Origin: Microgenomates group bacterium
GTDB taxonomy: Bacteria > Patescibacteriota > Microgenomatia > PFEM01 > JBNASD01
Direction: 5' to 3'
NCBI GenBank assembly: GCA_049720225.1
Contig: JBNASD010000005.1
Location: 1-40,243 of the forward strand
DNA length: 40,243 bases
This document shows, in pieces, positions 8,175-15,678 of this stretch. The first letter of the stretch is position 1, and each line of letters opens with the position of its first letter. Below the pieces are notes generated by a model. That model did not search any database. It saw nothing but the letters and a program-made list of their open reading frames with translations, and was not told the DNA's origin. A program made the translations under genes and the position numbers.

Positions 8175-9017
8175 ATGCGAGAAATAAAACGAAGAGAGTT
8201 TCTCTCTTGGTTAGGAAAAGTTACTGCCGGATTTACTGCATGGGGATTTCAAGAAGGACTCTCAATTTCAGAAAGATTAGCTGAAGGTTGGTTTTATGTG
8301 ACGGTACAAGTGGATACTTTAAACATTCGTTCTTTACCAGACAAAAACTCTTCTGTCTGTGGTCAAGTAAAAATGGGAGCCGTTTTAAGAGTTGAAAACA
8401 AAACAATTAAAGGTTCAGATGGTTCACCCTGGTATAAAATTATCCAAAATTCCAATCTTCGCTGGCCACCAAAAACTGAGGAATACATTTGGGCAGGTGG
8501 CGTAAAAGAAATTACCGATTTATCGCCAATTAGTCCCTTTACTCCTCCTTTTGTTAAAAAAATCGTTATTTCAATTCCAAATCAAACCTTAACTGCTTAT
8601 GAAAGCGAAAAACCAATTATGACTACCCCCGTTTCTACTGGTAAAAAAGGTTGGGAAACTCCTACCGGTGAGTTTGAAATTGTCTATAAAAGATTAGAAA
8701 GAAGAATGCAAGGAAGGTCCGCCAATTCTCCCCAAGATAATTACGATACGCCGGGAGTCCCTTATTGCTGCTATCTTAAAAATAAAAAAACTGGAGAAAT
8801 TCGGGGTTATGCTATTCATGGAGCTTGGTGGCATAATTCTTTTGGTCAACCAGTAAGTCATGGATGTATTAATCTTCCTTTAGTTCCTCAAGAAACTTTG
8901 GGAAATATTAGCCCAGCAGAATGGCTCTTTCGTTGGTCAACTCCTGTTTTTAGTTTACAAGATTTGATTGTTTATTCCCACACAAAAAATCCAGGAACTT
9001 TGGTTATTATTGAATAA
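8175..9017 (+). CDS. L,D-transpeptidase (YkuD family) with SH3-like domain and Tat-like signal
   Basis: RREFLSWLGKVTAGFTAWG is a twin-arginine-like signal. SH3b-like segment: LNIRSLPDKNSSVCGQVKMGAVLRV...SPWYKI. YkuD catalytic motif: HGAWWHNSFGQPVSHGCINLP. Confidence 0.9.
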   Translation: MREIKRREFLSWLGKVTAGFTAWGFQEGLSISERLAEGWFYVTVQVDTLNIRSLPDKNSSVCGQVKMGAVLRVENKTIKGSDGSPWYKIIQNSNLRWPPKTEEYIWAGGVKEITDLSPISPFTPPFVKKIVISIPNQTLTAYESEKPIMTTPVSTGKKGWETPTGEFEIVYKRLERRMQGRSANSPQDNYDTPGVPYCCYLKNKKTGEIRGYAIHGAWWHNSFGQPVSHGCINLPLVPQETLGNISPAEWLFRWSTPVFSLQDLIVYSHTKNPGTLVIIE

Positions 9018-9055
9018 ACAAAATTTCTTTCGCTTAATAAGTAGGTCCTTATATC

Positions 9056-9083
9056 TTGACAAATTAAAAATTTCCGTTATAAT
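9056..9083 (+). promoter_or_regulatory. sigma70-like promoter TTGACA-16nt-TATAAT for rplJL
   Basis: Both hexamers are consensus, read directly. Confidence 0.5.
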
Positions 9084-9142
9084 TTATTTGTTTCCGAAGA
9101 AGTCGGCAGCATTTAAGGCGTAAGACCGGCGGAGGAGAAAAA
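9084..9142 (+). promoter_or_regulatory. possible rplJ (L10) autoregulatory leader
   Basis: A 59-nt GC-enriched leader (ccgaagaagtcggcagcatttaaggcgtaagaccggcggagg) in an otherwise AT-rich intergenic region, at the position of the known L10 leader. The fold was not verified. Confidence 0.3.
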
Positions 9143-9658
9143 ATGCCTAACACCCAAAAAATTTTTGCCGTTCAAAATCTCCAAGAAAAGGTTAAAGAAG
9201 CAAAAGGAATTATTCTTACTGATTTTAGTGGATTAAAGGTTGACCAGATTAGCCAATTAAGAAGAGAAATCAAAAAATCAGGTGGAGAGTTTGAGGTAGT
9301 TAAAAATAACCTTTTGCGCTTAGCTTTGGAAAATTCCTCTTTTAAAAACATTACCTTAGAAGGACCAACTGCAGTTTTGTGGCTTTATCAAGATGATCCC
9401 TCTCCTTTAAAAATTCTTAAAAAATTTATTGACCAAACTGAGCTTCCTAAAATAAAATTTGGCTTTTGGCAAAAAGAGCTTTTGGACGAAGAAAAAATTA
9501 AATCATTAGCCAGTCTTCCCGGAATTAACGAACTTCGCGGCCAATTAGTCTCTTTATTAAAGACTCCCCTTTATCGTTTATCCTCCAGTTTAAATTATAA
9601 TTTATGGAAGTTATTAGTAATTTTAAAAACAAAAGCAGAAAAAGGAGGTGAAAACTAA
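9143..9658 (+). CDS. rplJ: 50S ribosomal protein L10
   Basis: L10-type sequence [38 protein letters not shown]. Located upstream of rplL. Confidence 0.93.
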   Translation: MPNTQKIFAVQNLQEKVKEAKGIILTDFSGLKVDQISQLRREIKKSGGEFEVVKNNLLRLALENSSFKNITLEGPTAVLWLYQDDPSPLKILKKFIDQTELPKIKFGFWQKELLDEEKIKSLASLPGINELRGQLVSLLKTPLYRLSSSLNYNLWKLLVILKTKAEKGGEN

Positions 9659-9659
9659 A

Positions 9660-10064
9660 ATGGCAAACGAAAAATTGGAAAAAATTATTAAAGAAATTGA
9701 AGAACTTTCAGTAATGGAATTAGCGGAATTAGTAAAAAGTTTAGAGGAAAAATTTGGTGTTTCTCCGGTAGCAATGGCTGCTCCTGTTGCTCAAGCAGGT
9801 GGACAACCCACTGCTGGTGGCGAAGAACAAGTCGGTCAGGCAGGAGAACAAACTACCTTTAACGTCGTCTTAACATCTGCCGGAGCAAACAAAATCGCGG
9901 TTATTAAAACAGTAAGAGAAATCAATCAAAACCTAGGATTGAAAGAAGCAAAAGATTTGGTGGAATCTTTACCCAAAGAAGTTTTAACCGGCGTTAATAA
10001 AGAAACCGCCCAGGAAGCAAAAAAGAAATTGGAAGCAGTAGGGGCAACGGTTGAACTTAAATAA
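9660..10064 (+). CDS. rplL: 50S ribosomal protein L7/L12
   Basis: N-terminal [19 protein letters not shown], an Ala/Gly hinge, and [31 protein letters not shown]...VGATVELK. I prefer the ATG at 9660, which has AGGAGG upstream, over the GTG at 9648. Confidence 0.95.
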   Translation: MANEKLEKIIKEIEELSVMELAELVKSLEEKFGVSPVAMAAPVAQAGGQPTAGGEEQVGQAGEQTTFNVVLTSAGANKIAVIKTVREINQNLGLKEAKDLVESLPKEVLTGVNKETAQEAKKKLEAVGATVELK

Positions 10065-10195
10065 AATTATAAATAGAAAATAACTCTTGAGATTTTTTTA
10101 ATTTCTAGCCAAAAGTGACTCTAACGGTAGGAGTATAATTTTGATATTATAAATTTAAAATGGCGGTTTAAAAACTAAAAAAAGGAGGTGAAAAG

Positions 10196-10306
10196 ATGAT
10201 TAAATCTCCTCAATTAAAAAAAATTTCCCTTAAAATAAAAAAGATCACCTTAAAAAGGAAAGGAATAAACGGTGGTATTCAAGGGGGCAGTGATCAGTGC
10301 TGCTAA
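10196..10306 (+). CDS. candidate RiPP precursor peptide (36 aa, MIKSPQLKKISLKIKKITLKRKGINGGIQGGSDQCC)
   Basis: Found by manual translation, below the ORF-track cutoff. AGGAGG at 10183-10188 lies 7 nt before the ATG, in the same aaaggaggtgaaaa context as the rplL RBS. It sits directly upstream of a radical SAM/SPASM gene. Confidence 0.5.
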   Translation: MIKSPQLKKISLKIKKITLKRKGINGGIQGGSDQCC

Positions 10307-10373
10307 AATAAATTTCATAAAATCAAGCTTCTGAAAAAAGAAGTGGGTGTGGATGGTTTTGGTGGCTATTAAC

Positions 10374-11705
10374 ATGAAACAATATATTAGATTAACGAAA
10401 GAAACAATTTTAAAGTCCCGTTATAATAAATTCTATCTTATTAATACTAAAAACGAAAAAAAAGAGAGATTCTTAGTAGAAGACGAAACTCTTTCTGTTC
10501 TTAGATTTTTATTAGAAGGAAATTCAGTTAAAAAAACAAGCCAAACATTTCCACTCTCCCCAAAAGAATTAATAGATTTTCTTTCCTCTTTAGAAAAAAA
10601 AGAACTTATCGAATGGGTAAATAGTCCTTATAACTCTACTTCAAAATGTTTTGATATTGAACCACCTCTGGATAGTTTAAATATTCTTTTAACTAACGCC
10701 TGCAATCTTCATTGTCTTCATTGTTATCGTGAAAGTGGTAAAAAATCTAATAGTGAATTAAAAGGTAAAGATTGGATTGAAGTATTAAAACAAGCCCAAA
10801 ATTTAGGGGTATTTGCGTTAAATATTTCCGGAGGAGAGCCTTTATTGCATCCTGACTTTTGGATGATTACAGAATATATTGCCTCTATACCCACTTTTAA
10901 TGCTAACTTAAACACTAACGGCACAATTCCAATTGAAAAAAATAAAAGAAAGCTTCTTTCTCGCGCTTTCAAAAGCATTCAGGTAAGTATTGATCATATA
11001 AACCCAGAAGAACACGACTTGTTTCGGGGTCAAAAAAACAGTTGGAAAAAAGCTATTAAAACGGTTCAACAACTTATTTCTTGGGGAATAAAAGTTAATA
11101 TTGGTTTTACACTTACTCCTCAAAATTTCTCTATTCTGGAAAAGATGGTGAGTTTTTGTCAAAAAATTGGTGTTTCGGAACTCCATATAGGTTTATTAAC
11201 TAATATTGGTAGAGGTAAAAACCTTCCTTCGGTGGAAAAAAACAAAAAATTCCTGGAAACCGTTTATAATCAGCTTTTAATTATTAATCGGTTAAAAATC
11301 AATATCCAAATCCTCTCCCCTTTTCGTTTTTTTGATTATTCCTCCATTTCTTTTGAGAAGAAAAAATATATTTGCGACGGAGATAATACTCAAATCCTTT
11401 ATCTTTTACCAGAAGGAACGGCAGTCCCTTGTGATAAACTACCGAAAGAAATTTTTGGATATGGAAATATTAAGAAACAATCTCTTTTAGAAATTTGGAA
11501 AGGGAAAAAAATGAGGTCTTTTAAACTAATGAAACTTAAAAATATTCCTAAATGCCATCGTTGTCCTCGATTATCTATTTGTGGAGGACCTTGCCTAGCA
11601 AGAAGCTTTTGGGAAAAGGGATTATTAAACTCACCTGACACAATTGCTTGTTTTATGGCTAAAAAGATAGAAAAATTAATAAAAGGAGGTAACAATGAAT
11701 CTTGA
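10374..11705 (+). CDS. radical SAM/SPASM domain peptide-maturase-like enzyme with N-terminal RRE-like domain
   Basis: CX3CX2C motif (CNLHCLHC). Full SPASM pattern: C-x13-G-x4-C (CDGDNTQILYLLPEGTAVPC), CX2CX5CX3C (CHRCPRLSICGGPC), and a trailing Cys (IACF). About 95 aa precede the core (LSVLRFLLEGNSVKKTSQ...LIDFLSSLEKKELIEW), which is PqqD/RRE-like. The start could also be the GTG at 10347. Confidence 0.9.
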   Translation: MKQYIRLTKETILKSRYNKFYLINTKNEKKERFLVEDETLSVLRFLLEGNSVKKTSQTFPLSPKELIDFLSSLEKKELIEWVNSPYNSTSKCFDIEPPLDSLNILLTNACNLHCLHCYRESGKKSNSELKGKDWIEVLKQAQNLGVFALNISGGEPLLHPDFWMITEYIASIPTFNANLNTNGTIPIEKNKRKLLSRAFKSIQVSIDHINPEEHDLFRGQKNSWKKAIKTVQQLISWGIKVNIGFTLTPQNFSILEKMVSFCQKIGVSELHIGLLTNIGRGKNLPSVEKNKKFLETVYNQLLIINRLKINIQILSPFRFFDYSSISFEKKKYICDGDNTQILYLLPEGTAVPCDKLPKEIFGYGNIKKQSLLEIWKGKKMRSFKLMKLKNIPKCHRCPRLSICGGPCLARSFWEKGLLNSPDTIACFMAKKIEKLIKGGNNES

Positions 11706-12441
11706 TGAATGGTGGAAAACTACCTTTGGTAAAATCTATCTTTTTGCATTTGCCCCTACTTTTTCTCAAAAAAGAACTAAAAAAGAAGTTAATTTTATTA
11801 TTAAAACTTTAAACCTTAAAAAAGGAGCCCAAATTTTGGATATCCCCTGCGGATATGGACGACACAGCATTGAACTGGCAAAAAAAGGTTTTCAAATAAC
11901 TGGTATTGATTTCTCTTTACCTCTTCTTAAGGAGGCTAAAAAATCGGCAAAAGACCAAAAAGTCAACTGTTGTTTTTTAAAACAAGATATGAGATTTCTT
12001 AGACTTTCCTCCTCTTATGATGCTATCTTGGTATTAGGAAATTCTTTCGGTTACTTTTCCGATGAAGATAATGAAGAAGTAATCAAGCGTCTTTCTGTAG
12101 TTCTTAAATCTGGAGGTTATTTAATACTTGATTTGCCTAATGCGATAGGAATGATACAAAGAAAATTAAGTCAAATGAAAATTAAAATTCCTCAAGGATA
12201 TATTATAAGTAAAGAGGTCGATTTTGATCCCCTCCACTTAATAGTAAAATTAAGATGGGAAGTTTATCAAAACAAAAAGAAAACAATTTTACATGGAAAA
12301 ATTCGCTTATATACCTTCCCCGAAATTAAAAATCTATTATTAAAATATCAACTGGAAGTTAAAAATATTTTTGGAAGCTTTAATGGAGAACCCTATTCTC
12401 TCGACTCTCCTCGTTTAATTATCATTGCCACTAAAAAATAG
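11695..12441 (+). CDS. class I SAM-dependent methyltransferase
   Basis: Motif I is ILDIPCGYGRH. The later segments DAILVLGNSF and LKSGGYLILD are also typical. An 11-nt overlap with the radical SAM gene suggests translational coupling. Confidence 0.88.
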   Translation: MNLDEWWKTTFGKIYLFAFAPTFSQKRTKKEVNFIIKTLNLKKGAQILDIPCGYGRHSIELAKKGFQITGIDFSLPLLKEAKKSAKDQKVNCCFLKQDMRFLRLSSSYDAILVLGNSFGYFSDEDNEEVIKRLSVVLKSGGYLILDLPNAIGMIQRKLSQMKIKIPQGYIISKEVDFDPLHLIVKLRWEVYQNKKKTILHGKIRLYTFPEIKNLLLKYQLEVKNIFGSFNGEPYSLDSPRLIIIATKK

Positions 12442-12491
12442 GTCTTTGGGGGAATTTTAACTTTTTAATTAAATACTTCTCGGATAATCTC

Positions 12492-12520
12492 TTGACAACT
12501 TTTTAACTATTGTGATATCT
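12492..12520 (+). promoter_or_regulatory. putative promoter TTGACA-17nt-ATATCT (TG-containing spacer)
   Basis: TTGACA at 12492-12497 and a weak -10 at 12515-12520. The ATG at 12531 lies 10 nt downstream, with no SD. Confidence 0.35.
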
Positions 12521-12530
12521 TTATTACTAG

Positions 12531-12752
12531 ATGGAAACTAAAAAGAAAAAACCACTTAAATTGGATGAGCTTCCTGACTTGCTTACGGTGCGTGAAGTGG
12601 CGGAAATTTTACGCGTTTCCCCTCTTACTATTAAACGCTGGGGGAAAAGAGGAAAATTACCGGCAATTAGAATTAATTCTCGCGGTGATCGCCGTTATCG
12701 AAAAGAAGCAGTTTTATGGCTTTTAGGAATGCAACAAAGGGAGAACAAATGA
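12531..12752 (+). CDS. excisionase/MerR-superfamily helix-turn-helix DNA-binding protein
   Basis: LLTVREVAEILRVSPLTIKRWGKRGKLPAIRINSRGDRRYRKEAV matches the excisionase-family HTH pattern. Confidence 0.8.
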   Translation: METKKKKPLKLDELPDLLTVREVAEILRVSPLTIKRWGKRGKLPAIRINSRGDRRYRKEAVLWLLGMQQRENK

Positions 12753-13282
12753 AAAAATTTTTTCCTTATCTTGCTTTTTCTCTTTTTCTTTTAATTGCAG
12801 TTTTTGCTTCCTTAAATTTGGTTTTACAAAAAAATGTCACTCTTTTTAGTCGTGCCACTACTGATAAACCCCAAATTTGGATTCTTCCTACTAAAATTGA
12901 GGGAGAAAAAGATAAAGTTTATACTCTAAAAATTCTTCTGGATACCAATAATCAAGAAATAAGCGGTGTAGATTTAGTTTTAAAATACGATAATCAAATA
13001 ATAGAAGTAGTAGATAATAATATTAAACCCGGTGTAATTTTTGATTATTATCGTGATAAATTAGTTGATAATCGAAAAGGAATTATTAAACTTTCTTCTC
13101 AAGGAAAATTTAAAGGTCAAGGAACTTTTGCTACCTTAGAAATTAAAGGAAAATCTTCAGGGGAAGGAAAATTAGAGGTAGTAACTCCAAAAATTTCTTT
13201 AGATTCCACTATAATTTGGGATAGCCAAGGAAAAGAAAATATTTTAGGCCCAACTCAAGGACTTGTAGTAAGGTTTTATTAA
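12749..13282 (+). CDS. secreted cohesin-like domain protein
   Basis: Signal peptide MKKFFPYLAFSLFLLIAVFASLNL. The pattern VYTLKILLDTNNQEISGVDLVLKYDNQIIEVV...GTFATLEIKGKSSGEGKLEVV resembles the cohesin fold. The ATG at 12749 overlaps the upstream stop (ATGA). Confidence 0.55.
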   Translation: MKKFFPYLAFSLFLLIAVFASLNLVLQKNVTLFSRATTDKPQIWILPTKIEGEKDKVYTLKILLDTNNQEISGVDLVLKYDNQIIEVVDNNIKPGVIFDYYRDKLVDNRKGIIKLSSQGKFKGQGTFATLEIKGKSSGEGKLEVVTPKISLDSTIIWDSQGKENILGPTQGLVVRFY

Positions 13283-15207
13283 GGAATTAATTCCTCCCAA
13301 AGATGACGCTTTCTTCCTAAAAAGGGACTAATTTTTAAAAGTAACTCCGGATTATAACTAAAAAATTCTGTCGGTTCACTTATATTATCTCTTTCTCTTT
13401 CTAAAAGAAATTCTTGCCAGCTAATCGCCATTCCTTTTATTTTTAAATTATTTTCCTCTTTTATTTTTCCTGTTTTTATTCTTCCATCACTTATAAGAAT
13501 CCCTTCAATTTGATGAACTTGTGGTTCAATTTCGATCGAACCGTTACTGATAAAAACAGGAAAGGTGTTAGAAGATTTTAAATCTTTTTTTATTTTCACC
13601 ACTCCCTGAACTAAAAAAATCTTCACCCCTAAACTATCGCTTAAATTATTTACTTCTAAATCTCCTTTTATTTTCCAAATTTCCGAATTAGTGATGGAAA
13701 CCTCATTTATTTTATTACCATTTAATACCGAAGGAAAAATTCCATTATCAATTGTGTTTTCTGAAGGAATTTCTAAAAGGGTATCAAAATAAGAATAATC
13801 ATAACGTCTTTTATTTTTTACCCCTAACGCTAACCAATTTTTCTCAGATACTTCTCCTTGACCAAAATAAGGATCCCTCGCAAAACTACTAACTACTCCC
13901 GGATAACCCCCTCCCCCCAAAAGAGAGAAAAACTTTCCTCGAGGTAATTTAACAATTAAATCTCCCCCACTATACACATCTCCCTCTTGTGTCTGATACC
14001 AAGGAAATTGCGGTAATGGCGTAGGGGTAGGTCGTGGAGTCGAAGTAGGAGTGGGAGTAGAAGTTGGAGTAGGTCGCAAGGTAGGAGTAGGGGTTAAGGT
14101 AGAAGTAGGTCGCGGAGTAATGGTAGGAGTTGGTGTCGGAGTTAACGTTGATGTTGGTTTTATTGGAGGTAAAGTGGGAGAAGGTGTAGGCGTAGAAGTA
14201 GTTGTTGGTAAAGAAGTAATTGTTTCCTTATCGGGACAATCCAAAATAGGACAATTACTTTTGAACGGTCTTATTTCATATTTCCATACCCCTTCCCCAA
14301 AACCTTGATTATTATTAGTATCTACCCAAGAAGTCACATTAGCGCCGACAGTCGTAATTAAATATCCATCGGAGGAAGAAGAAATACTACACCCCACTCC
14401 CCAACATCGATATATTCGATATCCTTCCTCTTCATTAACATCATTCCAAGTTAATAATTTATTATATTTTCCATCAGAACGAAGCACATCATTAATTTGA
14501 ACTCCCGAGGGACATGAAGGACATACTACCCCTGTAGTGGGAGAAATAATATAAAATTGCCAACGTTCTGATTCTGAAGAAGTTACTTTTACTGTTCCGT
14601 TACTATCCACAAACCTCGCTTCTGCCCACCAATATGCTGTTCCTAAGTTATTGTAAGGGCCAGTATTACGGGTAGTGCTAGTTGACCAAGCGCCCAAATA
14701 AGTCACACCGGCGGGAGAAATAAAAGAAATTCGATATTGAACTTGGCCAGGACCACACTGGTAATTTAAGGGGTTTATCTCTAAATTAATCATACTCCCT
14801 AAAGGAAAGCGCGATTTATCAGGAGGAGATTTTAAAGTAGGCGGAGAAATCGGAGGACAAACCACCGGTGTAGTTGTCGGTGGGGGAGGAGTTGGTCCTC
14901 CCCCAGCGCAAGCACAGCCGGTACAATTAATATAAGGTTGGCCATCAATACACCCGGCCACAGAAGTAGCGGTACCAGGAACACAATTTCCTCGATTATC
15001 CCTACAGGGAGAGGCTGGGCAATTACAGTTATAACTACAAGAAATAGTATGCGAACCTGTCCCTGGACAAATTACTGAGGTAGTACAGCCATTACTATCA
15101 CAATATGCTCCGTAAGTTTTTGAAGAAAAAATAAATAAAAAAGACAAAAAAAACAATAAGTGAAAAAAACTTTTTTTAAATAAAGAAACTTTCATTCTTT
15201 TTTTCAT
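13279..15207 (-). CDS. large modular secreted protein, family member 1
   Basis: Architecture: Cys-rich N-terminal module, FN3-like modules, PT linker, and a conserved C-terminal domain ending in WEELIP. Signal peptide KSFFHLLFFLSFLFIFSSKTYG. Cys-rich module AYCDSNGC...CTGCACAGG. Shares modules with 21673..24360 and 37275..40243. The ATG at 15207 is preferred over the TTG at 15234. Confidence 0.8.
   Translation of the reverse strand: MKKRMKVSLFKKSFFHLLFFLSFLFIFSSKTYGAYCDSNGCTTSVICPGTGSHTISCSYNCNCPASPCRDNRGNCVPGTATSVAGCIDGQPYINCTGCACAGGGPTPPPPTTTPVVCPPISPPTLKSPPDKSRFPLGSMINLEINPLNYQCGPGQVQYRISFISPAGVTYLGAWSTSTTRNTGPYNNLGTAYWWAEARFVDSNGTVKVTSSESERWQFYIISPTTGVVCPSCPSGVQINDVLRSDGKYNKLLTWNDVNEEEGYRIYRCWGVGCSISSSSDGYLITTVGANVTSWVDTNNNQGFGEGVWKYEIRPFKSNCPILDCPDKETITSLPTTTSTPTPSPTLPPIKPTSTLTPTPTPTITPRPTSTLTPTPTLRPTPTSTPTPTSTPRPTPTPLPQFPWYQTQEGDVYSGGDLIVKLPRGKFFSLLGGGGYPGVVSSFARDPYFGQGEVSEKNWLALGVKNKRRYDYSYFDTLLEIPSENTIDNGIFPSVLNGNKINEVSITNSEIWKIKGDLEVNNLSDSLGVKIFLVQGVVKIKKDLKSSNTFPVFISNGSIEIEPQVHQIEGILISDGRIKTGKIKEENNLKIKGMAISWQEFLLERERDNISEPTEFFSYNPELLLKISPFLGRKRHLWEELIP
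14537..14766. repeat. 230-bp block, 227/230 identical to 23039..23268
   Basis: Direct base-by-base comparison found 3 mismatches. The flanks diverge sharply at the nucleotide level. Confidence 0.9.
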
Positions 15208-15235
15208 TTTAAGAAGATAAAAAAGAAAAGTCAAT

Positions 15236-15670
15236 TTATTTTATAAACCGTTGATTTAATTCATCAAAAGTTTGATCAGTAACGATACTTGTTACTTTTC
15301 CTTTTTCGGTAGTTACTACTGTCTTATGGGAAGTAATCACTTGAGTCAACATTTGATTTTTCCGATCACCATAACCTCCATGACGCGATTTAAAAGCAAA
15401 AGTAAATTGCCAACATTCTTCGCATCTAAGCGCTTCTTCTTTTTCTAATTGCAAATCAAAGCCATCAAATCGATAGGTAGGAGAATTTTTTACCGCTTCT
15501 TCGGCAATCTTGCGACTTTCCTCAAGCGTCCAAGTCGTTATTGAAGGTGAAGGTGAAGGAGAGATTGTTTCCTTAAAAATTTTTGGTAATTGCCTTTTTT
15601 CTTTAAAAAACAAAACTCCACCCCCTAAAATCAAAAACACAACTAAAAACCAAAAGATAACACTTTTCAT
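15236..15670 (-). CDS. hypothetical membrane-anchored protein
   Basis: 144-aa ORF with an N-terminal TM (VIFWFLVVFLILGGGVLFF). No recognisable family. Confidence 0.6.
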   Translation of the reverse strand: MKSVIFWFLVVFLILGGGVLFFKEKRQLPKIFKETISPSPSPSITTWTLEESRKIAEEAVKNSPTYRFDGFDLQLEKEEALRCEECWQFTFAFKSRHGGYGDRKNQMLTQVITSHKTVVTTEKGKVTSIVTDQTFDELNQRFIK

Positions 15671-15678
15671 TATTCAAA

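Noticed and set aside
9648-9659. GTG start at 9648 for rplL, giving MKTKMANEK
   Set aside because: This GTG lies within the AGGAGGTG Shine-Dalgarno sequence itself. The ATG at 9660 is correctly spaced from that RBS and gives the canonical L7/L12 N-terminus.
10347-10373. GTG start at 10347 for the radical SAM gene, giving MWMVLVAIN
   Set aside because: The ATG at 10374 is preceded by GGTGG at suitable spacing, and the extra residues look non-native. The longer form remains possible.
12531-12752. Excisionase-family HTH gene as a marker of an integrated mobile element carrying the rSAM cassette
   Set aside because: No integrase, att-like direct repeats or phage genes accompany it. Such HTH proteins are common stand-alone regulators.
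14051-14308. Gly/Val-rich ORF on the plus strand, with similar ones at 39356..39547 and 37646..37960 on the minus strand
   Set aside because: They are antisense to PT-linker segments of the large secreted-protein genes, so the same low-complexity artefact applies.
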